DNA of 64,000 bases from an uncultured Gammaproteobacteria bacterium (lineage in GTDB: Bacteria; Patescibacteriota; Patescibacteriia; UBA1558; 2-01-FULL-52-15): positions 41,734-105,733 of the forward strand of contig CAZFBK010000001.1 in assembly GCA_964517065.1 (NCBI GenBank), in the 5' to 3' direction. How positions within the stretch are numbered: the first letter of the stretch is position 1; every line of letters begins with the position of its first letter. Below, piece by piece: positions 19,479 to 27,631 of the stretch. Both the position numbers and the translations under genes were made by a program. The notes beneath the pieces are model-generated. The model saw only the letters and a list, made by a program, of their open reading frames with translations, ran no database searches and had not been told where the DNA came from.

Positions 19479-19923
19479 AGACAGCGTTATGAATAAAATT
19501 TGCTTCTTGCTCGCCTTTATAAATACCACCGGTATCAACGATCAGAGCCAACTCTGATAGTTTAGAAGCTGTCAGATGTTGTTTTGGGATGAAAATCTCT
19601 TCCTGATGTTTATTCTCGTCTTTCGCTTTGACCTCTAATAACAGCTCCTTTTGCCAGACTCTGAGCTCCGGCTTACGCAGACGTGAGATATAGTTCAAAG
19701 CAAAAATATGAAAGGGCGCACCGTTAATTTTCAGAAAGGCCACTGTACCACCGACTAACAAAAGAAAGCTGCCTTGAAACAAAAATAAATTGAATGGCGA
19801 TAAACGATAGGACAAGAAAACTAATAGTCCAGTGATGATAACGATGACGAATTGTCGAGTGGTAATAGCCCCAATAATTTTGTCTTCGATATCAATGAAT
19901 TGTGGCACGATAAACTTGCGCAT
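19465..19923 (-). CDS. prgI: PrgI family protein (VirB3-like)
   Basis: VPQFID.EDKIIG..T.RQF motif, two TMs. Confidence 0.85.
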   Translation of the reverse strand: MRKFIVPQFIDIEDKIIGAITTRQFVIVIITGLLVFLSYRLSPFNLFLFQGSFLLLVGGTVAFLKINGAPFHIFALNYISRLRKPELRVWQKELLLEVKAKDENKHQEEIFIPKQHLTASKLSELALIVDTGGIYKGEQEANFIHNAVYGQK

Positions 19924-19926
19924 AGT

Positions 19927-21165
19927 TTAAAATCTCAGATGCTTATTGAGATCAGTAATAGCTTCAAACTCATCGACTGTGAGAGCCTCCTGCCCGCCTG
20001 TCTGTAGAGCAGTAATTGCCTGATTGATATCCATATTTTGTTCTAGACTCTGATGACCGATAGCGAGATACATCTGATAGACTTCATTCTTCCTCCAGCC
20101 ATCGATACCTTGAGCCCGTCGCAACAGTGACTCTTTGCCTAAGTTAACAATACGTTGAAGAATTTTTGCCACCCGCATACGAGGATCAGGGTCTAAAGCG
20201 CGGAAATCTTGCAAGGACATAGTAGAGAGTTCATCAACCTTGCCTAGAATACGATTATTCGGACGTTTCACCTTGGGCAGTTGATCGACCATGGCGCTGA
20301 CATCGGTCATTGGTCGACTGACCTTCGGTAGGTCGCCAGCGGAACGGATCATCGGCTCTGCTAATGCACCTGACGGAGTGACCTCCGGCACCACACTGAC
20401 AGGCTTCTCGGGCTGCGCTGGCACTGAGGGTTCTACTGGTTGAACGGGGCCTACCTCGCGCTTTGCCGAGGATAGCTCGTCAGACATTGGTTGGAAATCA
20501 CCCTTTACTGATAACGGTTTGGATAAAATGTCCGCAATTGGTTTCGGCGTTGACTCTGTCTCAGGTGCACTCATGCCTCGTTCTCCTCCTGCTTCCACCA
20601 CTACACCATCGACACTCTCTATCTTCTCTTTCAAACTTCGAGCTATCAGCATGACCTTATCAGCAATAGCAGGATCAAGGCCAAAACCGACAACACCAGT
20701 ATCAGCTAATAAACCTCTCATCTGAACGAAGCTACGCGCCTGACGAAAGAATGACAGCAAAGATTTGACGAAACGGGCGTACTGCTCCGGTGAGAACTTT
20801 AGTTCGTTTTTTTCTACCAGTTTCTCAGCAATTTTTTCTACGCTATATTTTTTGCGCTCATTGGCAGACAGATAGGAGTTGATTTTCTCCAGCTCAGAAG
20901 CTATATCCTGCTGATCGTCTGGATGAAAATGAAAATCAGCTTTTGAGCCTGGATCTGGAGCAACTTGTGGCGCTGGTACGAAATGCTCATCAGTCGGAAC
21001 CACAGCTGGAAGAGCAGCCGCTGGTAACGGATTTACTGATGTCGTGATTTGGGCACTGATATCGCCAGAACTAGACGACAAAGTACCATCCTGAAACGGC
21101 TTAAACTGGCCGTTACTATCTTTAATCAAAATATTATTATCAAGTTCGGTTTGTGATAAGGCCAT
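19927..21165 (-). CDS. Conserved hypothetical protein, first gene of the T4SS-like operon
   Basis: 412-aa ORF, Pro-rich linker, helical C-terminus (G.VDEL..M...DFR). Confidence 0.7.
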   Translation of the reverse strand: MALSQTELDNNILIKDSNGQFKPFQDGTLSSSSGDISAQITTSVNPLPAAALPAVVPTDEHFVPAPQVAPDPGSKADFHFHPDDQQDIASELEKINSYLSANERKKYSVEKIAEKLVEKNELKFSPEQYARFVKSLLSFFRQARSFVQMRGLLADTGVVGFGLDPAIADKVMLIARSLKEKIESVDGVVVEAGGERGMSAPETESTPKPIADILSKPLSVKGDFQPMSDELSSAKREVGPVQPVEPSVPAQPEKPVSVVPEVTPSGALAEPMIRSAGDLPKVSRPMTDVSAMVDQLPKVKRPNNRILGKVDELSTMSLQDFRALDPDPRMRVAKILQRIVNLGKESLLRRAQGIDGWRKNEVYQMYLAIGHQSLEQNMDINQAITALQTGGQEALTVDEFEAITDLNKHLRF

Positions 21166-21216
21166 AGAACAAAAAACCAGTAAATAAAGTGATTATCAGT
21201 AAATAATTTCTACTAA

Positions 21217-21225
21217 ATTATACCA
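21217..21225 (-). promoter_or_regulatory. Extended -10 promoter of the T4SS-like operon
   Basis: TGG-TATAAT on the minus strand ~50 nt upstream of ATG 21165. Confidence 0.45.
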
Positions 21226-21260
21226 TAATATCGTAAAAGACCAAAGTCTTTCACGATATT

Positions 21261-21455
21261 AAATTCTAAGTTCAAAACCCTAAGTTCAAAACAATTTCAC
21301 CCGTCTCGCCACAGGCGAAGCCGAGACGGAAATATCAAATAATAAAATTCCAAACGACGAACCTCTTTCCCTATAGCGTGTTTGGCTGTTGTTTTGAAAT
21401 TCGTAATTTGAAACTTTGAGCTTGTTTCGGATTTAGAACTTAGTGCTTAGAACTT
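21261..21455. repeat. AT-rich inverted-arm element with an embedded GC hairpin
   Basis: Arms TTCTAAG/TTCAAA... versus ...TTTAGAAC/CTTAGAAC; inner hairpin CCGTCTCG...CGAGACGG at 21301-21329. Confidence 0.65.
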
Positions 21456-21463
21456 ATGCTCTT

Positions 21464-22678
21464 TTAGAGTTTCTCCCACACTACTATCTCCCGTGCCACT
21501 GCCTGATCCTGACGGTGATACCACAGCGTCCCCCGCTCCGTCAGCTCCGAAGCCAAGCGACTGTGCCGAATAGCCGGCATCAGAGGTCGAAATCCTAATT
21601 TGGCCACCTCAGTCATAATAGGCATAAGTTCATAATCTCGTCCTCGCTGATACATCGGCCAGACCATGACGACTCGACCGCCAGATTTCACAACTTTGGT
21701 GAACTGACCAAAAGCCTGCAGATACAGCTGACTGACCTCGGTGACAATTTGTTGGCGTCGGGTCTCTGACAGAGAACGCTGCAGCTCACGCGCCGGCCCG
21801 AGGTACGGCTCAGTGACTACTGCGTCAAATATTGGCTGGTCATATATCTTGGTTAGACTCTGAACAGGGGTAACGGTAAATCGAACCTGCTCTGCTTCCT
21901 TATCTTTGATCAACCACTGAATATTTTTCTTCGCCTGTTCGACAGCCACAGCGTCGTTATCACTGCACACTATCTGCCAGTCTCGATCCATCTGCCAGGC
22001 TTCCTGTGCTACAGTGCCCAAACCACAGAAGGGATCTAAGACAGCACCATGCTCTGGTATCTGGGCTAGATTAATCATCATCTGCGCCACCTTCGGCGGC
22101 AACATACCACGCGCACTGTCACGCTCCGGACGTCCATAGTCACGCTGTCCGTAGCTTTCAAAATCTTGAACGGCTTCGGTCAGACCCAGATATAGTTCTG
22201 ACGCCGATCCTTTGATGATTAATAATTCTGAACCAATCAAATCATTTTTCTGGACCGCTACTGATGATAGCTGACCTTCTTTATTAGCCATTAGGCGGGC
22301 ATTATACCCTTCAGCTTTAAGCAATTTTTTCACTTTCAAGCCAACCCCCTGCAGTGCATAGGCAGACTTAGGTAATCCGTACTGACTGAACCCAAAAATA
22401 ATTTTTTTAGCTTTATCTGCGTCTAAACTCAATGATTGACGCCAAACTTCCGGTGTTAGCTGACTGATACCTGACATCGTCCTTAGGAGACGTCCGATTT
22501 TGATAGTGCCGCCGAGACGGGACAAGAGATCAACCGGAGCAAACTCCTCTGCAGTGCTGACAATAGCAAAATCCGGTCCTACGTCCGTGACAGCATCCAT
22601 CGTACAGCCCAAAACGGTGAGAATCTCTTCTACTGACAAAGCCGGGTTGGTCCCGAGAATAAATATCCAAGAAATCAT
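21464..22678 (-). CDS. Putative RNA methyltransferase (Trm11/UPF0020-like)
   Basis: GMLPPKVAQMMINLA, VLDPFCGLGT SAM motif, VTEPYLG. Confidence 0.85.
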   Translation of the reverse strand: MISWIFILGTNPALSVEEILTVLGCTMDAVTDVGPDFAIVSTAEEFAPVDLLSRLGGTIKIGRLLRTMSGISQLTPEVWRQSLSLDADKAKKIIFGFSQYGLPKSAYALQGVGLKVKKLLKAEGYNARLMANKEGQLSSVAVQKNDLIGSELLIIKGSASELYLGLTEAVQDFESYGQRDYGRPERDSARGMLPPKVAQMMINLAQIPEHGAVLDPFCGLGTVAQEAWQMDRDWQIVCSDNDAVAVEQAKKNIQWLIKDKEAEQVRFTVTPVQSLTKIYDQPIFDAVVTEPYLGPARELQRSLSETRRQQIVTEVSQLYLQAFGQFTKVVKSGGRVVMVWPMYQRGRDYELMPIMTEVAKLGFRPLMPAIRHSRLASELTERGTLWYHRQDQAVAREIVVWEKL

Positions 22679-22800
22679 AATGAATCAATTATAGCCGTTT
22701 ATAGTAAACCTGGCTATCAAAAGTAACACCGACCGACTTAAATAGTTATTCCTTTTGTTCGTGCTATACTAAACTTAGTTCGTATATACATAGTTTATAT

Positions 22801-23484
22801 ATGTGGCTTTTTACAGACCAGGAAAAATCACTAATCCGCTCTCTTCTCGAAAAAGGGAAAATAGAGCAGGAAAAGAACAAAAAATTCGCTATAATCGATT
22901 TTGATGTTTTTTGTCGTTTATTTACACCAAAAGAAGTAACCATGTTCAAAAAATATCTCGCAATCGACCCACAAAAGATAGGTTACAAACTCCCTTTTAT
23001 TGGTATGGGGCAAAATACAGATAACCTTGTAGCAATTGAAGGACAATTATTTCTTGACGCTAATGGAGAGAAAAAGAATATACCCTGTCAGTATCTTCCG
23101 CCAGAAACTTACGAAGCCTATATCCAATTAAACAAAGCTTTGGAAGGTGACATTAGTAAAAAACTACTCATACAATATGGCCACCGTTCCCTCGCACGCC
23201 AAGTCTTCATATTTTTTGATATTTTAGAAAGGATTTATGACTTTGATTTTGACCAGACAATAAAAAGAGTCTGTTTCCCAGACTATAGCGAACACGTCTG
23301 CATGAAACAGCAAGCTATAGATTTTAAAACGGAAGATGGGGTCAAAAGTGAAGACTTCTATCAGACAAAGGAGTACGAATGGTTGAAAAAGAATGCGATG
23401 AAATTTGGGTTTTATGAGTCTTACCCCAAAGATAATATAATGGACATGATGTATGAACCCTGGCATTGGCATCATGAGAGTTGA
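22801..23484 (+). CDS. M15B D-Ala-D-Ala carboxypeptidase (VanY-like)
   Basis: G.RS, SEH...AIDF, WL..NA.KFGF..SYP, EPWHW. Confidence 0.85.
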   Translation: MWLFTDQEKSLIRSLLEKGKIEQEKNKKFAIIDFDVFCRLFTPKEVTMFKKYLAIDPQKIGYKLPFIGMGQNTDNLVAIEGQLFLDANGEKKNIPCQYLPPETYEAYIQLNKALEGDISKKLLIQYGHRSLARQVFIFFDILERIYDFDFDQTIKRVCFPDYSEHVCMKQQAIDFKTEDGVKSEDFYQTKEYEWLKKNAMKFGFYESYPKDNIMDMMYEPWHWHHES

Positions 23485-23495
23485 AATAGGCATAA

Positions 23496-23524
23496 TTGAC
23501 AAAAAAGCCCCATCATGATAAGTT
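23496..23524 (+). promoter_or_regulatory. rpsF operon promoter
   Basis: TTGACA-17 bp-TAAGTT with extended TGn. Confidence 0.55.
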
Positions 23525-23616
23525 TTGACCACTTAAATTGTTACTTACAACTGACGATTTTAAGCCATATTCCATGGTGAAAGCCATGAGAATCCTTATC
23601 AATTAAGGTTAAAACC

Positions 23617-24108
23617 ATGTCTCATTACGAGCTGACCTATATCATCTCAGCGGCTATTGCTGAGACTGAATACCCAAGTATTCAGCAGAAAATCAACGAC
23701 TTAATCAAAACAACCTTCAGTGGTACCATTACCTCTGAGGTTTCTTTGGGTCGTAAAAAGCTGGCCTATCCTATCAACAAGGAGAAATACGGCCACTACA
23801 TTACCGAGGAACTCGATCTGGAACCACAGCATTTGAAACAGCTCGACACCGAGCTAAAACTGAACGCTTCACTGCTGCGTCACCTGATCGTCAGTAAGCA
23901 ACTACTGACACCAGAGCAAGTCGAGAAAGAAGCGGCTACTCAGATGAAGATCCGAGCCAAGAAGGCGAACGCCAAGGCTGCGATCTCATCAGCTGCCGAC
24001 AAACGTATGGCTGAAGCTTCCGCTCCTGTCGTACCAGCTGCGCCAAAGATTACTTTGGACAAGTTGGACGAGAAGCTAGACGAAATCCTCGATCAAGAAA
24101 TTAAATAA
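23617..24108 (+). CDS. rpsF: 30S ribosomal protein S6 with C-terminal extension
   Basis: YEL.YII, LG.KKLAYPI.K, LLRHLIV; rpsF-ssb-rpsR synteny. Confidence 0.95.
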   Translation: MSHYELTYIISAAIAETEYPSIQQKINDLIKTTFSGTITSEVSLGRKKLAYPINKEKYGHYITEELDLEPQHLKQLDTELKLNASLLRHLIVSKQLLTPEQVEKEAATQMKIRAKKANAKAAISSAADKRMAEASAPVVPAAPKITLDKLDEKLDEILDQEIK

Positions 24109-24112
24109 AAAT

Positions 24113-24194
24113 CAGGGTCAGGATAAAGGGTCAGGGAGTCCAAATTCTCTATCCTTATCTTCAAACCCTGACCCCGACCCTAATCCCTAACCCT
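24113..24194. repeat. G-rich/C-rich intergenic repeat, copy 1
   Basis: 34-nt TCAAACCCTGACCCCGACCCTAATCCCTAACCCT (24161-24194) identical to 24714-24747; preceded by CAGGGTCAG units. Confidence 0.9.
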
Positions 24195-24201
24195 TAATAC
24201 T

Positions 24202-24660
24202 ATGGATCTCAACAAAGTCATGTTAATCGGCAACGTTGTCCGCGATCCAGAGATGCGCACCACTCCCACCGGCCAACAAGTAGCCTCCTTCGCGATTGCC
24301 ACCAACCTGGTCTGGACAGATAAAAACGGCCAGAAGCAAAAGAAAGCCGAGTTCCACAACGTCGTGGCTTGGCGCAAACTAGCAGAGATCATCGGACAGT
24401 ATGTGAAGAAAGGCAGCAAAGTCTATATGGAAGGCCGTTTGGAAACACGTAGTTGGGACGATCAGAATGCTGTCAAGCATTACCGAACTGAAATAGTAGC
24501 TGACAATCTTATCCTACTCGATCGAGCAGGCAGCGTACCACAAGGTCAGACCCCGACTACGGACAATAGCCAACCAACCTATAGTCCTATTCCTCAGACA
24601 GCTCCTGCTCCTGAAGACGTCGGTAGCCAAGAAATCAGTGTAGATGATATACCGTTTTAA
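24202..24660 (+). CDS. ssb: Single-stranded DNA-binding protein
   Basis: NKVMLIGN..RDPE.R, KG..VY.EGRL, C-terminal DDIPF. Confidence 0.98.
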   Translation: MDLNKVMLIGNVVRDPEMRTTPTGQQVASFAIATNLVWTDKNGQKQKKAEFHNVVAWRKLAEIIGQYVKKGSKVYMEGRLETRSWDDQNAVKHYRTEIVADNLILLDRAGSVPQGQTPTTDNSQPTYSPIPQTAPAPEDVGSQEISVDDIPF

Positions 24661-24664
24661 TAAG

Positions 24665-24747
24665 CAGGGACAGGGTCAGAATTAAGGGTCAGAAGGCCCT
24701 CACATTCACCTACTCAAACCCTGACCCCGACCCTAATCCCTAACCCT
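24665..24747. repeat. G-rich/C-rich intergenic repeat, copy 2
   Basis: Identical 34-nt block at 24714-24747; CAGGGACAGGGTCAG left arm. Confidence 0.9.
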
Positions 24748-24759
24748 AATAAATTACTT

Positions 24760-24978
24760 ATGATCGATTCCAAAGAAAAAAAATATTGCTTCTTCTGCGT
24801 TAATTCTGTTAATCATATTGATTATAAGAATACTCAGATGTTGCAGCGATTCTTGTCTTCTTATGCCAAGATCGTGCCAAAACGCCGCAGTGGTGTCTGC
24901 TCCAAGCATCAGCGTAATCTAGCACAAGCTATCAAACGCTCTCGTTTCTTGGCGTTGCTCCCCTACGTCGCGAAGTAA
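24760..24978 (+). CDS. rpsR: 30S ribosomal protein S18 (Zn-binding form)
   Basis: CFFC, IDYKN, KI.P.R.SG.C.KHQR, AIKR.R.LALLPY. Confidence 0.97.
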   Translation: MIDSKEKKYCFFCVNSVNHIDYKNTQMLQRFLSSYAKIVPKRRSGVCSKHQRNLAQAIKRSRFLALLPYVAK

Positions 24979-25110
24979 ATTAGAAGCAAGCAATAAATAG
25001 TAAGGAGTAAGGGTCTACCCAACTCACCTTAGCTGTTTACCCATACTTCTAACTTCTTACTCCTTTCTCCTACCCTAGCTCCCTACTCCTAACTTCTAAT
25101 CCCTACCCAA

Positions 25111-25668
25111 ATGTTAAGTTTAAGCGAAATCAAACTCGGCACCGTCGTGTCGATCAATAACGAACCGTATCAGGTCGTCTTCACCCAACATATCAAAGTA
25201 GCCCGCGGAGGTGCCACCCTGCGTACCAAGATGAAAAACCTCATTACCGGCTCAACCTTAGAGAAATCTTTCTCAGGCTCAGACAAAGCCGAGGAAGCAG
25301 ACCTGGAGCGCACCGAAGCCAACTATCTCTATCAACAAAATGGCAACGCTGTCTTCATGGATAATGTCAATTTTGAACAGTATGAATTCCCCAGCGATGG
25401 ACTCGGCGAGATGCTGCCCTATCTGAAAGAAGGTCAGACTGTTGATGTTATGATTTATAATGGCAAAGCAGTCACCGTTGCCTTACCGAAGAAAATTACC
25501 CTTCTTGTCACCTCTGCTCCTCCCGGAGTCCGTGGCGATACTAGCGGCTCAGCCACCAAGACCTGTACGGTAGAAACCGGACTGGAAATCCGCACCCCAC
25601 TTTTCATCAAAGAAGGCGACTCTATCGTCATCAACACTGAAACCGGTGATTACGTAGAGCGAACTTAG
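25111..25668 (+). CDS. efp: Elongation factor P
   Basis: H.K.ARG loop, PGVRGDT, ETG.EI..PLFI..G..I.INT.TG.Y.ER. Confidence 0.97.
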   Translation: MLSLSEIKLGTVVSINNEPYQVVFTQHIKVARGGATLRTKMKNLITGSTLEKSFSGSDKAEEADLERTEANYLYQQNGNAVFMDNVNFEQYEFPSDGLGEMLPYLKEGQTVDVMIYNGKAVTVALPKKITLLVTSAPPGVRGDTSGSATKTCTVETGLEIRTPLFIKEGDSIVINTETGDYVERT

Positions 25669-25721
25669 GTGAGCTCGGAGTAGCCTGTCCCGAGCTTGTC
25701 GAGGGATAGAAAGAGTAGCCG

Positions 25722-25774
25722 CCTAAAATAACAAAAAACTGTTCCCCTTGGAAACAGTTTTTTGTTATTTTAGG
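25722..25774. terminator. Perfect 22-bp inverted repeat, likely bidirectional terminator
   Basis: CCTAAAATAACAAAAAACTGTT / AACAGTTTTTTGTTATTTTAGG between convergent genes. Confidence 0.75.
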
Positions 25775-25913
25775 TAAACCCTAAACTCGAAATTCTAAAC
25801 GCCAGGACCAAACGCCCCAGAGCCCCTCTTCGCCAAGAGGGGGTATCCGATGAAATATTTTACTATATACAATCTGCAGAATATCTTGGAAAAAATAAAA
25901 TTTCGCAATACCG

Positions 25914-25986
25914 CCCACTACCTGGTTTCTGCGAGACTTGTACTCAAGGCAAAGCAGTCCAGTTATTATATTGAGTAGTTTCTATA
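25914..25986 (+). repeat. Truncated copy of the element at 40326-40443
   Basis: Shares CCCACT, TGGTTTCTGCGAG, AAGCAGTC.AGT, TATATTGAGTAGTTT.TATA. Confidence 0.7.
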
Positions 25987-26010
25987 CCGACAAACATTTT
26001 GTATTACTAT

Positions 26011-27273
26011 TTATAACAACACAAAACGCTTGTCGGTATACTGTACCTGTCGCCAGCGCCACTGACCCGCTGCCACATCAATATACACCGGCGGTGTGGG
26101 CAGCTTCATCACCTGACTGAGGTATTCTGCTGCCATAGCAGAGTCTGCCGGCTGCAGCTGTATTTTGTCTTCAAGTAATAATTGCAAAAATAATGTCCAA
26201 TTGACCGCTGACCATTCACTCTGCCACAACGTTTTGGCCCGATCACCGAAGCGTACATTGATATAGCGACGAAGAATTCCGATATAACGCTGATCTGAAC
26301 GTAATAATTCGGATAGGTATTGCTTCTCAGCCAAAAGCGTCAGAGCCACCAGAGCACGTTCATGTTCGCTTAGACCAATAGCATTCCACAGGAGATCAGC
26401 CAGACGACTCCCCTCTCCACCACTCTCGACCGTCAGTCCATCCTGCAAACGATCAACCTGTAGCTGTAACTTGGCTACATACTGATGGTATTGATCCATA
26501 AGATCATCGACATCAGCAACTTGACTCATCTGCATCCGCGGTTGCGCCTCACCGACTTCGGCAATATTCAAGAAATTCTCAGTCATCGTCAGACGCATCG
26601 GACGTGCTTCATTGTATGAAGCCAGGAAATTCAGCAAGTTATCTTTCTCATCTTGTGACAGACGTTTCGCGTTGACACTGCGGACTAAATATTGACTACG
26701 GATGAGATTATCAGAGGCTTCAGCTCCGGCGAAGTGCAAATAATCCTTCAGCCAGTTTTCCAGCGTCGGCTCGATCTGTCTACCCGCCTCGTCTGTAATA
26801 TAATTCTTGGTCAGGAACAAATCTTTGTTGGCAACATTCTCCCCCATGAAATCCCTTATGGGTTGGATCACAGCGTCATCATCCGGTTGTTCTATCAGCT
26901 CAGCTTCTGGACTGGACGTCGGCGGAGCCTTCAGTTCTGGCACTACTGCCGGCACTTTACCGCCGAGACGCAGGATCAATCTGTCAACGTCACCAAGATA
27001 TATTTGCAATGGCCAGAGACGGAGATAGGCGAAATCACGTGCTAACTCCAAAATATCAATGTTCTTTAGATCTAATTTTGATAGAGCTACGTGAAACTCA
27101 AGTACGGGGATCTCCTTGGTAATTACTGATATCAGAACTTGCAATACCTGCTGCAATTGGGATGGTGTCAGATGATATATAGTAGCAATAGTATGATTGA
27201 TGTCAGTGCTACGCTCAGCAAAAACAACAGCTTGAACTTCTGGTGGTAGACTTTGTAATGTTTGAGGCGACAT
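26011..27273 (-). CDS. Hypothetical protein; N-terminal domain paralogous to the upstream small ORF
   Basis: 420-aa ORF; TLQSLP..VQAVVF...LRLWPL; PT.ENWL.DY motif. Confidence 0.75.
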   Translation of the reverse strand: MSPQTLQSLPPEVQAVVFAERSTDINHTIATIYHLTPSQLQQVLQVLISVITKEIPVLEFHVALSKLDLKNIDILELARDFAYLRLWPLQIYLGDVDRLILRLGGKVPAVVPELKAPPTSSPEAELIEQPDDDAVIQPIRDFMGENVANKDLFLTKNYITDEAGRQIEPTLENWLKDYLHFAGAEASDNLIRSQYLVRSVNAKRLSQDEKDNLLNFLASYNEARPMRLTMTENFLNIAEVGEAQPRMQMSQVADVDDLMDQYHQYVAKLQLQVDRLQDGLTVESGGEGSRLADLLWNAIGLSEHERALVALTLLAEKQYLSELLRSDQRYIGILRRYINVRFGDRAKTLWQSEWSAVNWTLFLQLLLEDKIQLQPADSAMAAEYLSQVMKLPTPPVYIDVAAGQWRWRQVQYTDKRFVLL

Positions 27274-27279
27274 AAATAA

Positions 27280-27627
27280 CTATTTCTCTTGCGGTAGCGT
27301 ACCACCAAGAGATTGTAATAAGATTTCGACCCCACCGATCCATTCCCGAAGCGGCCAGAGACGCAGATATACCAAATCAAGCATTAATTGTTCGAGATCT
27401 ACCCCTGGCAAATCTAGTGTTGCTATAGCTTCCTTAAAATCACTAGCCGGTAACTCTTTAGTAATCACAGCAATAATAATCTGCAATATCTGCTGTAATT
27501 GAGCGCTTGTCAACCTATGAATTACTGCAATGTTATGATTTATATCAGACGTACGTTGCTGAAAAACCACTGATTGAATCTCCTCCGGTAATGTCTGCAG
27601 TGTATAAGATATTCTAGATTCTTTCAT
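27280..27627 (-). CDS. Hypothetical protein, stand-alone copy of that N-terminal domain
   Basis: TLQTLPEEIQSVVFQQRTSDINH...LRLWPL...LGG; likely start MKESR at 27627. Confidence 0.75.
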   Translation of the reverse strand: MKESRISYTLQTLPEEIQSVVFQQRTSDINHNIAVIHRLTSAQLQQILQIIIAVITKELPASDFKEAIATLDLPGVDLEQLMLDLVYLRLWPLREWIGGVEILLQSLGGTLPQEK

Positions 27628-27631
27628 GTTA

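Noticed and set aside
24161-24747. Eukaryotic telomere contamination (CCCTAA-like)
   Set aside because: Only a few degenerate units, embedded in a coherent bacterial rpsF-ssb-rpsR operon.
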